From: Vicinamibacteria bacterium
Lineage (GTDB): Bacteria; Acidobacteriota; Vicinamibacteria; Fen-336
Length of the DNA: 64,000 nucleotides
NCBI GenBank assembly: GCA_035542035.1
Contig: DATKME010000055.1
Coordinates: 318-64,317 of the forward strand
Direction of reading: 5' to 3'
Shown here: in pieces, positions 51,776-60,804 of the stretch
Position numbering within the stretch: the stretch's first letter is position 1
Layout: every line of letters starts with the position of its first letter
The notes under the pieces: generated by a model
Seen by the model: only the letters and a program-made list of their open reading frames with translations
Told to the model about the DNA's origin: nothing
The model's database searches: none
Position numbers and translations under genes: made by a program

Positions 51776-52039
51776 GGCTCGCCCAGCGGCGCGGGCCGCG
51801 GCCGCCGCACCAATGTCCTTGCGGTGCTTCGGAATAGGTGCGGTCGTCGATGCGCACCCCAGACAGGAAACCGGCCCGCGGTGTCCGAAATCGTGGCAGG
51901 CTGGAGGAACCCAGCGGCGCCCATCTCGCACAAGCCGCTCGTCTGCCACGGGCTCGCGGCGGCACGTTCTTCGCACACTCTCTGCCACCGTAGGAGGTCT
52001 GGCGCGTGGCGATGTCCCGAAAGAGCGCGGAGGTCCTCG

Positions 52040-52495
52040 GTGGCTGAGCGCAAGGTCTACCTCCATCCCGGGCAGGTGCTCGTCTCGGCCGACCCCGTGG
52101 AGCTGACGACCGTTCTCGGCTCGTGTGTCGCCGTCTGCGTGTTCGATCGCGTGCGCCGCCGCGGCGGCGCCAACCACTACCTGCTCCCGCACTGGGCCGG
52201 CGACGGCCAGTCCTCGGAGCGATTCGGGAACGTGGCGGTCCGCAGGCTCATCGACCGCATGCTGGCGCTGGGCAGCCGAAAGGAGGACCTCGAGGCCAAG
52301 GTGTTCGGCGGCGCCTGCACCGTGGACGCGCTCCACCGCAGCGAAGGCCATCTCGGCACGAAGAACGCCGAGGTGGCGCTGCGGACGCTGCGCCAGGAAG
52401 GCGTCCCGGTGGTGGCCGACGACGTGGGCGGGCGGCGCGGGCGGAGGCTGGTCTTCCGCACCGACACCGGTGTCGCCCTGGTCAGGCTGCTCTAG
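52040..52495 (+). CDS. cheD: chemoreceptor glutamine deamidase CheD
   Basis: The GTG lies 6 nt after GGAGG. Contains VYLHPGQVLVSADPVELTTVLGSCVAVCVFD, ANHYLLP and KVFGGA. Confidence 0.85.
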   Translation: MAERKVYLHPGQVLVSADPVELTTVLGSCVAVCVFDRVRRRGGANHYLLPHWAGDGQSSERFGNVAVRRLIDRMLALGSRKEDLEAKVFGGACTVDALHRSEGHLGTKNAEVALRTLRQEGVPVVADDVGGRRGRRLVFRTDTGVALVRLL

Positions 52496-52503
52496 GGGGA
52501 GTC

Positions 52504-54189
52504 ATGGACGCCGAGCTCCAGCAGGCCCTGCAGCTGTTCCTGACGGAGTCCGAAGAGGGTCTGGCGACGGCGGAGCAGGCCCTGATGACCCTCGAGTGCC
52601 GGCCGCAGGACGAGGAGAGCGTCGCCACCGTCTTCCGCGCGGCTCACACCCTGAAGGGGAACGCGGGCTTCTTCGGCTTCCAGGGACTCACCGAGCTCGC
52701 CCACGCCCTGGAGGACGTGCTGGACCGCGTCCGCAAGCGGGAGCTGCCGGCGACGGCGCCCCTGGTCACCCTGCTGCTGCGGTCGATCGACGCGCTCCGG
52801 GGGATGGTTCCCGAGGCGGTGTGGGGTACGGACGGCCTGCTGCCGGAGCACCAGGCGCTGCTGCAGCAGCTGCTCCGGGCCGGCTCGGCCCAGGCGAGCG
52901 ATCCCGCGGGAATGGACCTCGCTCCGGACGGGGCCGGCGACGACGGTGTCGTCGTCGAGGAGAGGCGCAGTGGACCCGGCCGGCGCGGCGCCGACCAGCA
53001 CGAGGGCACCGTGCGCGTCGAGCTGGACACGCTCGACCGGATGATGAACCTCACCGGGGAGATCTCGGTCGCCCGCGGCCGCTTGACGCAGCTGCTGGCG
53101 GGGGTGCCCGGGAAGGTGGGGGAGGCGGTCCTCGAGGCGGACGCCGAGGCAGACCGGCTCTCGCGGGAGCTCCAGGAGCTGGTGCTGAAGGTGCGGATGG
53201 TCCCCCTGGGCCCCGTGTTCCGCCGGTACGTCCGTACGGTGCGTGACGTGGCCGCCGCCCACCGGCGGCGGGCGCGCCTGGTCGTCGAAGGCGAGGACGT
53301 CGAGGTCGACACCACCGTCGTCCAGCACATCCACGACCCGCTCACCCACATGATCCGCAACGCCATCGACCACGGGATCGAGCCTCCCGACGTCCGTGCG
53401 GCGCGAGGCAAGGACCCCTGCGGGACGGTGACCCTGCGCGCCTGCCGCGACGCGGGCAGCATCGTCATCCAGGTCGCCGACGACGGCGCCGGGCTGCAGC
53501 GGGAGAAGATCCTGGCCCGCGCCCGCGCCCTGGGCCGGCTCGCCGAGGGCCAGGCCCTCACCGACCACGAGATCCAGCGGCTGGTGCTGGAGCCGGGCTT
53601 CTCCACTGCCGCGCAGGTGACGGACCTGTCAGGACGGGGAGTCGGGCTGGACGTGGTCCGGCGCAACGTCGAGCACCTCCGGGGTTCGGTGACCATCGAC
53701 AGCCGCGCGGGCGAAGGCACCACCGTGACGGTGAGGCTCCCCCTCACCGTTGCCATCATCGCCGGGTTCGTCGTCGGCGTCGGGGACGAGACCTACGTCA
53801 TCCCGCTGGACACCGTGGTCGAGTGCCTGGAGCTGCCCGGCGGAGAGGCGCCGCACCAGGACGGTCGCGGCGTCATGAACGTCCGCGGCCGGGCGTTGCC
53901 CTACGTCTGCCTGCGCGGGGTCTTCGGGCTTCCGCCAGCGCCGCCACGCCGGCGGGCGGTGGTCGTGGTCCGCCACGACGGCGGGCAGGCCGGGCTGGCC
54001 GTCGACCAGCTGTGCGGCGAGAGCCAGACGGTGCTCAAGCCGCTGGGGCCGCTGTTCCAGGGGCTGCCGGGGATCGGCGGGTCGGCCATCCTGGGCAGCG
54101 GCCGGGTGGCTCTGATCCTGGACGTGGAGGCGCTCGTGCGCGGCATCGTGCCGCGCCGAGCCGAGCCGGCGGATGCTCAGCGGCTCTGA
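52504..54189 (+). CDS. cheA: chemotaxis histidine kinase CheA (P1-P3-P4-P5, no P2 recognised, no receiver)
   Basis: HPt domain FRAAHTLKGNAGFFG, an HATPase domain (HMIRNAIDHGIE, DDGAGL, GRGVGLDVV) and a CheW-like C-terminus. Confidence 0.9.
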   Translation: MDAELQQALQLFLTESEEGLATAEQALMTLECRPQDEESVATVFRAAHTLKGNAGFFGFQGLTELAHALEDVLDRVRKRELPATAPLVTLLLRSIDALRGMVPEAVWGTDGLLPEHQALLQQLLRAGSAQASDPAGMDLAPDGAGDDGVVVEERRSGPGRRGADQHEGTVRVELDTLDRMMNLTGEISVARGRLTQLLAGVPGKVGEAVLEADAEADRLSRELQELVLKVRMVPLGPVFRRYVRTVRDVAAAHRRRARLVVEGEDVEVDTTVVQHIHDPLTHMIRNAIDHGIEPPDVRAARGKDPCGTVTLRACRDAGSIVIQVADDGAGLQREKILARARALGRLAEGQALTDHEIQRLVLEPGFSTAAQVTDLSGRGVGLDVVRRNVEHLRGSVTIDSRAGEGTTVTVRLPLTVAIIAGFVVGVGDETYVIPLDTVVECLELPGGEAPHQDGRGVMNVRGRALPYVCLRGVFGLPPAPPRRRAVVVVRHDGGQAGLAVDQLCGESQTVLKPLGPLFQGLPGIGGSAILGSGRVALILDVEALVRGIVPRRAEPADAQRL

Positions 54190-54202
54190 CGAGGAGGCTG
54201 CG

Positions 54203-54733
54203 ATGGACGACCCCGGGGCGAGATCCCAGCAGGCCCAGTACCTCGGCTTCTTCATCGCCGACGAGGAGTACGCCATCGCCATCCTCAGGGTGAAGGAGAT
54301 CCTCGAGTACGCCACCATCACCCGCGTCCCCGGCACGCCGCCCTGCGTCCGCGGGGTCTTCAACCTGCGCGGCAGCGTCGTGCCGGTCGTCGACCTGGCG
54401 CTGAAGTTCGCCCTGCCGCAGAGGCCGATCACCAAGCGCACCTGCATCGTCGTGGTCGAGGTCGATCTCGAGGGGAACAGGACGGTGATGGGCGTGATCG
54501 CCGACGCGGTGAGCGAGGTGCTGGACCTCGGCGCCGGGGACATCGAGCCGCCGCCCGCATTCGGCACCCGTGTGCACATGGACCACCTGCTGGGAATGGG
54601 CAAGGCGGGAAAGAAGTTCATCCTGCTACTCGACATCGACCGGGTTCTCTCGATGAACGAGCTGACGGAGGTCGCCAGGCTCCAGGAGCGCCCCTCCGGA
54701 GTGGCGCCGGCGCCCGCCGGCGTGGCGGTGTAG
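54203..54733 (+). CDS. cheW: chemotaxis coupling protein CheW
   Basis: GAGGAGG Shine-Dalgarno. Contains [25 protein letters not shown]...[24 protein letters not shown]. Confidence 0.9.
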   Translation: MDDPGARSQQAQYLGFFIADEEYAIAILRVKEILEYATITRVPGTPPCVRGVFNLRGSVVPVVDLALKFALPQRPITKRTCIVVVEVDLEGNRTVMGVIADAVSEVLDLGAGDIEPPPAFGTRVHMDHLLGMGKAGKKFILLLDIDRVLSMNELTEVARLQERPSGVAPAPAGVAV

Positions 54734-54743
54734 GGAGGAGACC

Positions 54744-56402
54744 ATGAAGACGACGCTGAAGAGCTTGCCGATCTGGGTACGGGTGACGGCCTTCCTCCTG
54801 CTGGTGCTGGCGGTGACGATCGGGGGGACCACCCTGTGGAGCGTCCAGGCGCAGAAGCGCTATGCGCTGCAGCAGGCCGACCAGCTGGGCGGCTCCGCCG
54901 CCCAGCTGGCGATGGCGGCGCTGAAGACCATCATGCTGTCGGGGAACCGCGAGTGGAAGAAGAGCTTCCTGGACGAGGTCCAGCAGCTGCGGGGGATCGA
55001 GTCGATCCGGGTGGTGCCCGCCGAGGGCGTCAGGAAGCAGTTCGGCAACGAGGCCGACAAGTCCGCTCCCGACGCCCTGGTGAGGGGCGCGCTCGCCGAC
55101 GGCCGCACGTACTCCGGGCTGGAGACGGTCAACGGCAGCGTCAAGTACCGTGCCGCCTTTCCAGCCCTGGCGACCGGAGCCTCCACCGGCAAGGACTGCC
55201 TCGCCTGTCACTCCGCGAAGGAAGGCGAGGTCCTGGGCGCGGTCAGCGTGCAGATCGGGTTCGAGGAGCTGGCGCGGTCCAGCCGGGACTTCCGCGTGCA
55301 GGTGCTGCTGGCGGCCGCGGTGATCGGCCTGCCGCTGCTGTTCCTGTCCTACTCCTTCTTCACGCGGAGCGTGAGCCGGCCCCTCTCTGACATGGCCCTC
55401 CAGCTGCAGCGCGCCGCCGAGGGCGACCTGACCCGGCGGATGGAGGTCGAGAGCGGGGACGAGTTCGGGCAGATCGGGCACGCCCTCAACCGGATGCTGG
55501 AGAGCTTCCACGGGATGATCCTGCAGGTCCGCAGGTCGGGGACGCAGACGGCCGAGGTCTCGCGGCAGCTGGCGGCGGGCTCCGAGCAGCTCTCGAGCGG
55601 GGCCGGCGAGCAGGCGGCCTCGGTCGAGGAGACCACGTCCAGCCTGGAGCAGATGAGCGCGTCGATCACCCAGAACGCCGAGAACGCGCGCCAGACCGAG
55701 CAGATGGCGCTCAAGGGGGCGAGGGACGCGGAGGAGAGCGGAAGGACGGTCCGCGAGACCACCACCGCCATGAAGCAGATCGCGGAGAAGGTCGAGATCA
55801 TCGAGGAGATCGCCTACCAGACCAACCTGCTGGCGCTCAACGCCGCCATCGAGGCGGCGCGAGCGGGCGAGCACGGCCGCGGCTTCGCCGTGGTCGCGAC
55901 CGAGGTGCGCAAGCTCGCGGAGCGGAGCCAGGTGGCGTCGAAGGAGATCAGCGGCCTCGCCGCCGCGAGCGTGCTCGTGGCCGAGCGCTCGGGCCAGCTG
56001 CTGGACGAGCTGGTGCCGGCGATCCGCAAGACGGCCGAGCTGGTGCAGGAGGTGGCGGCGGCCTCGAACGAGCAGGCCGCGGGCGTCTCCCAGATCAACA
56101 AGGCCATGACCCAGGTGGATCAGGTCGCCCAGCGCAACGCCGCGGGGGCGGAGGAGCTGGCTTCGTCGGCGGAGCAGATGGCGTCCCAGGCCGAGGCGTT
56201 GCAGCGGCTGATGGGCTTCTTCCGCGTGGACGAGGCGGAGGAGGCGCGGCGTCAGCCGGAACGGGTCCCCCGGCCGCCCGAGATCGCGCCCGCGGCGGAC
56301 AGCGTGCCTCACCCGGCGCTGCAGCGGATGCAGGGTGCCGTCCGGTCCAACGGGCCGCTGCACGCGGCGGCGAACTCGGATCGCGAGTTCCAGCGGTTCT
56401 GA
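54744..56402 (+). CDS. methyl-accepting chemotaxis protein with periplasmic CXXCH (haem c, Tll0287/DUF3365-like) sensor domain
   Basis: Two TM helices flank a domain of about 150 aa that ends ...[23 protein letters not shown]. This is followed by a HAMP domain and the MA domain ([40 protein letters not shown]). Confidence 0.9.
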   Translation: MKTTLKSLPIWVRVTAFLLLVLAVTIGGTTLWSVQAQKRYALQQADQLGGSAAQLAMAALKTIMLSGNREWKKSFLDEVQQLRGIESIRVVPAEGVRKQFGNEADKSAPDALVRGALADGRTYSGLETVNGSVKYRAAFPALATGASTGKDCLACHSAKEGEVLGAVSVQIGFEELARSSRDFRVQVLLAAAVIGLPLLFLSYSFFTRSVSRPLSDMALQLQRAAEGDLTRRMEVESGDEFGQIGHALNRMLESFHGMILQVRRSGTQTAEVSRQLAAGSEQLSSGAGEQAASVEETTSSLEQMSASITQNAENARQTEQMALKGARDAEESGRTVRETTTAMKQIAEKVEIIEEIAYQTNLLALNAAIEAARAGEHGRGFAVVATEVRKLAERSQVASKEISGLAAASVLVAERSGQLLDELVPAIRKTAELVQEVAAASNEQAAGVSQINKAMTQVDQVAQRNAAGAEELASSAEQMASQAEALQRLMGFFRVDEAEEARRQPERVPRPPEIAPAADSVPHPALQRMQGAVRSNGPLHAAANSDREFQRF

Positions 56403-56409
56403 GGCGGCC

Positions 56410-57303
56410 GTGATCGGGCTCGCCGCCACGGTCCCGGATCCGCAGCCGCTCGCGCCGCGGATACGCCCCAGGGAGTTCGCGCTGCTGCGCGATCTCATCC
56501 ACCGCGAGTCGGGGATCTTCCTGTCCGACGCCAAGAAGGCGCTGGTGGTGGCGCGGCTCGGGCGAAGGCTGCGGGAGCTGGGGCTGAAGTCGTTCGGCGA
56601 CTACTACCGCCGCCTCGCCGACGGGGACGAGCAGGAGCGGACGCGGATGCTCGACTGCATCTGCACCTACGAGACCCACTTCTTCCGCGAGCCGCGGCAG
56701 TTCGAGTTCCTGGAGCGGCAGCTGGTCCCGGAGTGGACGGCGCGGGCCGCCGCGGGAGGACCCAGGCGGATCCGCGCCTGGAGCGCCGGCTGCTCGACGG
56801 GGGAGGAGCCCTGCTCGCTGGCTATGGTGCTGCTCGCCCACTTCCCTGCGTCCGCTGGTTGGAGCGTGGAGGTCCTGGCCAGCGACCTGTCCAGCCGGGC
56901 GCTGGAGCGGGCCAGGGCGGGCCTGTGGACGATCGAGAAGGCCTCCGAGATACCGCAGCGCTATCTCAAGGCGTTCATGCTCCGGGGGCGCGGATCGCAG
57001 GAGGGGCTGATGAAGGCGGGGCCGGAGATCCGCTCGCTGCTGCGCTTCCAGCGGGTGAACCTCAGCGAGGACCGCTACCCGGTTGCAGGTCCCTTCGAGC
57101 TCGTCTTCTGCCGCAACGTGCTCATCTACTTCGACCCGGTGTCGAAGGCACGGGTCGTCGAGCGGCTGCTCGACCAGCTCGTCCCGGGCGGGTACCTGTT
57201 TCTGGGACACGCCGAGAGCCTGACCGGCCTCAGTGAGCGCGGCCGCAGCGTCGGCCCGACGGTCTACGTGCGTGCGGGCGAGCCCCGACCCCTCGCCTCC
57301 TGA
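56410..57303 (+). CDS. cheR: chemotaxis protein methyltransferase CheR
   Basis: Contains YETHFFREPRQFEFL, RAWSAGCSTGEEPCSLAM, FCRNVLIYFD and GGYLFLGHAES. GTG start at 56410. Confidence 0.9.
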   Translation: MIGLAATVPDPQPLAPRIRPREFALLRDLIHRESGIFLSDAKKALVVARLGRRLRELGLKSFGDYYRRLADGDEQERTRMLDCICTYETHFFREPRQFEFLERQLVPEWTARAAAGGPRRIRAWSAGCSTGEEPCSLAMVLLAHFPASAGWSVEVLASDLSSRALERARAGLWTIEKASEIPQRYLKAFMLRGRGSQEGLMKAGPEIRSLLRFQRVNLSEDRYPVAGPFELVFCRNVLIYFDPVSKARVVERLLDQLVPGGYLFLGHAESLTGLSERGRSVGPTVYVRAGEPRPLAS

Positions 57304-57307
57304 ACGC

Positions 57308-58102
57308 TCACGCCGCCCGGCGGTGGCTCGGGGCCTTCTGCGTCCGGCGGCAGGCGCGCCGCAGGGCCCGGATGCGCTGCTCGCGATCGAGTCGCGCCGC
57401 GCCGCGAAACGCGGCGGCCTGGAAGGCCCAGCGCACGAAGAGGGGGATCGCGCGCAGGCGTCTCAGCGGGTCCGGCCACCGCCGTCCCGGCGCCGGCAGG
57501 CGCGGCGCCGGGACCACCTCCCGGCCCGGGTGGTAGTTGAGCGCGCTGCGGCCCTCCGCTGTGGCCGGCCGCCGCTCCGCGAGCGCCCGCGCCCAGCCGC
57601 ATGCCGCCAGCGCGCCCTCCCAGCCCTCCCGTCCCAGCAGCTCCTCGCCGAGCAGGAAGCGGCGCGTGCTCGGGGTGGCCGCGAGCCTGACCGCGAGCCG
57701 GAACGAGCGCAGCGCCTCCGCCGGCCGGCCGCAGCGGCGCTGGAGCGTGCCGACCAGCACGTGGATCTCCCCCTCGCCCGGCCGCAGGTGCGCGAGGCGC
57801 TTCAGCGCGGCCAGCAGCGCCTGGTCCCGGCCGGTCCGTCCGAGCGCCAGCACCAGCGCGCCCTGGTAGTCGAGGCTCGTCGGCTGGAGCTGCGCGGCGA
57901 GGGCCAGGCAGCGGACCGCTTCCGGCCAGCGGCCGGCGCGGCCCAGGGCCTGTCCTCGCAGGAGGTGCAGCTCGGCCGAGCGCGGGGCATGCGACAGCGC
58001 GTCGGCGTAGGCCGCGGCAGCCGCGGACGGCCAGAGCCAGTCGAGCACCCGGGCGAGGGTGACGTGCGCCCTGGCGGCGAAGGGAAGGTCGGGGATGGCC
58101 AT
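57308..58102 (-). CDS. TPR repeat protein
   Basis: Repeated A-x-x-x-Y/F...A...P helical units (AELHLLRGQALGRAGRWPEAVRCLALAAQLQP, ...). Arg-rich C-terminus. Confidence 0.65.
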   Translation of the reverse strand: MAIPDLPFAARAHVTLARVLDWLWPSAAAAAYADALSHAPRSAELHLLRGQALGRAGRWPEAVRCLALAAQLQPTSLDYQGALVLALGRTGRDQALLAALKRLAHLRPGEGEIHVLVGTLQRRCGRPAEALRSFRLAVRLAATPSTRRFLLGEELLGREGWEGALAACGWARALAERRPATAEGRSALNYHPGREVVPAPRLPAPGRRWPDPLRRLRAIPLFVRWAFQAAAFRGAARLDREQRIRALRRACRRTQKAPSHRRAA

Positions 58103-58123
58103 CCGGCGCCTCGCGGAGCGAGG

Positions 58124-58132
58124 AGTCTAGCA
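58124..58132 (-). promoter_or_regulatory. extended -10 element TGCTAGACT
   Basis: Read on the minus strand, 21 nt upstream of the TPR ATG. Confidence 0.3.
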
Positions 58133-58170
58133 CCGCCGGCGTCGGGCTGAGCAGGCGCATCACCGCGTGG

Positions 58171-58575
58171 TCACTGGACGTTCAGCCCGCCCACCATGCT
58201 GGGATGGAAGCTGCAGTGGTAGTTGACGCTGGCGGCGGTGGGGAAGCTGATCGGCGCGCTGGTCGACCCGCCGGCGATCGCCCCCGTGTCGAAGCCGGTG
58301 CCGGTCGCGGTGTGGGCGATGCTGTCGGCGTTGTGCCAGGCGACGGTCTGCCCCGCCTTGACCGACGCCGGGCTGGGCGAGTACGAGCTGGCCCCGTTCA
58401 TCCCGTTGATGGTGATCGTCACGTCCGCGGCGCCGGCGCCGCCCGTGCCGGGAGTGGGGGTGGGTGTCGAGGTGGGCGAGGAATAGCTGCTGCCGCAGGC
58501 GACGGCGTAGGCCAGCCCTGCGACCAGCGCGATGGCGCCGAGCAGCGCTTTCACGTGCGTCCTTCGAAATGACAT
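58171..58575 (-). CDS. cupredoxin (plastocyanin/pseudoazurin-like) lipoprotein
   Basis: AGGAGG Shine-Dalgarno, lipobox LAYAVAC and a Thr/Pro linker. Type-1 copper ligand pattern: WHNADSIAH ... YHCSFHPSM. Confidence 0.8.
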   Translation of the reverse strand: MSFRRTHVKALLGAIALVAGLAYAVACGSSYSSPTSTPTPTPGTGGAGAADVTITINGMNGASSYSPSPASVKAGQTVAWHNADSIAHTATGTGFDTGAIAGGSTSAPISFPTAASVNYHCSFHPSMVGGLNVQ

Positions 58576-58675
58576 GTGGGTCCTCCTGGCCTGGTCGGGT
58601 GAGCAAGGCCGGTGCCGAGGGACGACGAGGGCGTATCAACGACCTGCGAGGCGGCGGGCCGCCACTGCGGGACGC

Positions 58676-58698
58676 GACGCGTAAGCCAGTTACGCGTC
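58676..58698. promoter_or_regulatory. perfect palindrome GACGCGTAA-N5-TTACGCGTC
   Basis: A 9-bp perfect inverted repeat in the divergent region between the cupredoxin gene and the tRNA. Confidence 0.3.
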
Positions 58699-58729
58699 CC
58701 GAAACGGACGGCCCGCTCGGCCGTGGTTC

Positions 58730-58738
58730 TGCTAGTCT
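58730..58738 (+). promoter_or_regulatory. extended -10 element TGCTAGTCT upstream of the tRNA
   Basis: It ends 7 nt before the tRNA 5-prime end. Confidence 0.35.
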
Positions 58739-58745
58739 TGCTGTC

Positions 58746-58819
58746 GGGCCTGTAGTTCAGATGGTTAGAACGGCCGGCTCATAACCGGCTAGTCGAAGGT
58801 TCGAGTCCTTCCAGGCCCA
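58746..58819 (+). tRNA. tRNA with CAU anticodon (elongator Met or lysidine-modified Ile2)
   Basis: The cloverleaf can be read by eye. Acceptor stem GGGCCTG/CAGGCCC, D-arm TAGTTCAGATGGTTAGAAC, anticodon stem-loop GCCGG-CTCATAA-CCGGC, T-arm GAAGG-TTCGAGT-CCTTC, discriminator A. There is no encoded CCA. The G1-C72 pair argues against an initiator tRNA. Confidence 0.9.
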
Positions 58820-58920
58820 CGAGTCCTTCCGGGCCCGCTTCCTCGTCGCGCCGTCGCCGCCCGGAGCCTCCGGGCCGCGGTGTAGAATGCCGGGAATGTC
58901 CCGCCGCCCCTCAGGCCTCC

Positions 58921-59649
58921 ATGAACGCTGAGCTGGAGAAGCTCGTCCGGCTGCACAAGGCCGAGCAGGAGACCCGCCGCCTCGAGGCCGAGCTGGGCCA
59001 GGTGCCCCGGTCGCGACAGGAGCTGGAGACCCGGCTCACCGTCGAGCGCTCGCGGCTCGACGCGGCCCGGGCCGCCCACGACGCCTCGGCCAAGGCCCGC
59101 AAGGCCCGGGAGAGCGGGGTGCAAGACCTCGAGAGCAAGCGCTCGAAGTACAAGGGCCAGCTGATGGAGGTCAAGACCAACAAGGAATACACGGCGATGC
59201 TCCACGAGATCGAGACCGTCGAGCGCGAGATCCGCGCGCTCGAGGACCAGATCCTCGAGGAGATGGAGAGGATGGAGACGCTCGGCCAGGACGTGCGGCG
59301 GGAGGAGGCGGCGTTCAAGGTGATCGAGGGCGAGGCCCGCAAGGAGCGCCTGGCCCTCGACTCCCGGGAGGCGGGCCTGCAGGCCCTGGTGCAGCGGGCG
59401 CGCGAGGAGAGGGCGGCGTCCGCCGCCGCCGTCCCCGAGGAGACGCTGGCCCGCTACGAGCGCATCGCCCACCTGCGCGGGAGCGGGGTGGCGGAGGCGC
59501 GCGACGGCATCTGCAGCGCCTGCCGGGTGAAGCTGCGGGTGCAGGTGTGGGTGGAAGTGCGGCGCAACGAGGTCCTCATCGAGTGCGACTCCTGCAGCCG
59601 CATCCTCTACTACGAGCCGCCCCCGCCCACCGTCGCCGTCGAGCCGTGA
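58921..59649 (+). CDS. coiled-coil C4 zinc-ribbon protein (COG1579/DUF164 type)
   Basis: Contains KYKGQLMEVKTNKEYTAMLHEIE and a C-terminal CSACRVKL...CDSCSRILYY. Confidence 0.85.
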   Translation: MNAELEKLVRLHKAEQETRRLEAELGQVPRSRQELETRLTVERSRLDAARAAHDASAKARKARESGVQDLESKRSKYKGQLMEVKTNKEYTAMLHEIETVEREIRALEDQILEEMERMETLGQDVRREEAAFKVIEGEARKERLALDSREAGLQALVQRAREERAASAAAVPEETLARYERIAHLRGSGVAEARDGICSACRVKLRVQVWVEVRRNEVLIECDSCSRILYYEPPPPTVAVEP

Positions 59650-60068
59650 GCGCGTCGCTGCGGCTGCACGTCGACGGCGCCAGCCGCGGCAACCCCGGGG
59701 AGGCCGGCTTCGGCGTGCACGTGGCCACCGCCGACGGCAGCGAGGTGGCCTCGCTCTTCGGCTACCTGGGCCGGGCCACCAACAACGTGGCCGAGTACCA
59801 GGCCCTGCTGCACGGCCTGCGCTTCGCGCTCGCCCGTGGCGCACGCGCGGTGGAGGTGTTCTCCGACTCCGAGCTGCTGGTGCGGCAGCTGGCCGGCCGC
59901 TACCGGGTGAAGCACCCGGGCCTGCAGCCGCTGTTCCGGGAGGCGCAGGCCCTGCTCGCCCGCTTCGCGAGCGTCCGGGTCAGCCACGTCCCGCGGGAGC
60001 AGAACCGGGAGGCCGACGCCCTCGCCAACCGCGCGGTCGACACCCGGCAGAGCTGCCTCAGCGGCTGA
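59646..60068 (+). CDS. rnhA: ribonuclease H (type 1, RVT_3-like)
   Basis: DEDD residues lie in HVDGASRGNPG, NNVAEYQALL, FSDSELLV and EADALAN. GTGA overlap with the upstream gene. Confidence 0.85.
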   Translation: MSASLRLHVDGASRGNPGEAGFGVHVATADGSEVASLFGYLGRATNNVAEYQALLHGLRFALARGARAVEVFSDSELLVRQLAGRYRVKHPGLQPLFREAQALLARFASVRVSHVPREQNREADALANRAVDTRQSCLSG

Positions 60069-60756
60069 AGCCGACGTAGCTGATCATGCGCCCGCCGCCG
60101 CGGCCGTCGCGGCGGTACGAGTGGTACAGGTCGGGACGGCAGCGGGTGCACTCGTCGACCCTGGCGATCGCCGCCGGCGAGAGCCCCGCGGCGAGCAGCT
60201 GGCGCCGGTTGGCGGTGGCCAGGTCGAGGTGCGGTCGCCCCTGGGGCCCCGGCGTGAACACGTGCTCCGCCTCGGCGCCGAAGGCCTCGCGCAGCTCTTC
60301 GCCCACCTCGTAGCAGCAGGCGCCGATCGCCGGGCCGAGCGCGGCGAGGAGGTCGGTGGGGCGGGAGCCGCGGAGGACCAGCGCCGCCACCGCCCGCCCG
60401 ACGACCCGCGCGGCGGTGCCCCGCCAGCCGGCGTGCACGGCGGCGACCGCGTGCCGGACGGGGTCGACCAGCAGTACGGGCAGGCAGTCGGCGGTCTCGA
60501 TGCCGAGCAGGTCGCCGGCGCGCGTGCTCACGGCGGCATCGGCGGCCGGCGGCGACGGCCAGGGTGGCTCCACCACCGTGTCGCCGTGCACCTGCCGCAG
60601 CCGCCACAGCACGCCGTGCGGCTGCAGCAGCCGCGCCACCCGCGCCCGCGTCGCCTCCCGCGGCTCCGGAGACACCGCCGGAGCGCGGCGCCCGAAGCCG
60701 TGGACCAGGCCGGGGACCGCGGCCAGGGAGGGCACGGTCGCCGGCTCAGGCCGCAT
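60058..60756 (-). CDS. pgeF: peptidoglycan editing factor PgeF (YfiH/DUF152, laccase-domain protein)
   Basis: Contains VHGFGRR, QVHGDTVV, TADCLPVLL, AVHAGWRG and CCYEV. Starts at the internal ATG at 60756. Confidence 0.9.
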   Translation of the reverse strand: MRPEPATVPSLAAVPGLVHGFGRRAPAVSPEPREATRARVARLLQPHGVLWRLRQVHGDTVVEPPWPSPPAADAAVSTRAGDLLGIETADCLPVLLVDPVRHAVAAVHAGWRGTAARVVGRAVAALVLRGSRPTDLLAALGPAIGACCYEVGEELREAFGAEAEHVFTPGPQGRPHLDLATANRRQLLAAGLSPAAIARVDECTRCRPDLYHSYRRDGRGGGRMISYVGFSR

Positions 60757-60804
60757 GCGGCATCGTAGCAGCCGGTCGCGCCGCGGTCGTACACTGCTGG
60801 TGCG

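Noticed and set aside
51484-52053. A 189 aa minus-strand ORF and the N-terminal part of plus-strand ORF 51824..52495 in the pre-che gap.
   Set aside because: Both have Arg/Ser/Ala/Pro-rich composition, no Shine-Dalgarno and no motifs. CheD homology only begins at the GTG at 52040, which has a GGAGG 6 nt upstream.
58746-58819. The tRNA could have been an integration hotspot flanked by a genomic island.
   Set aside because: There is no integrase, no direct repeat of the tRNA 3-prime end that I could spot downstream, and no obvious compositional break. The flanking genes are housekeeping types (RNase H, pgeF, acpS-like).
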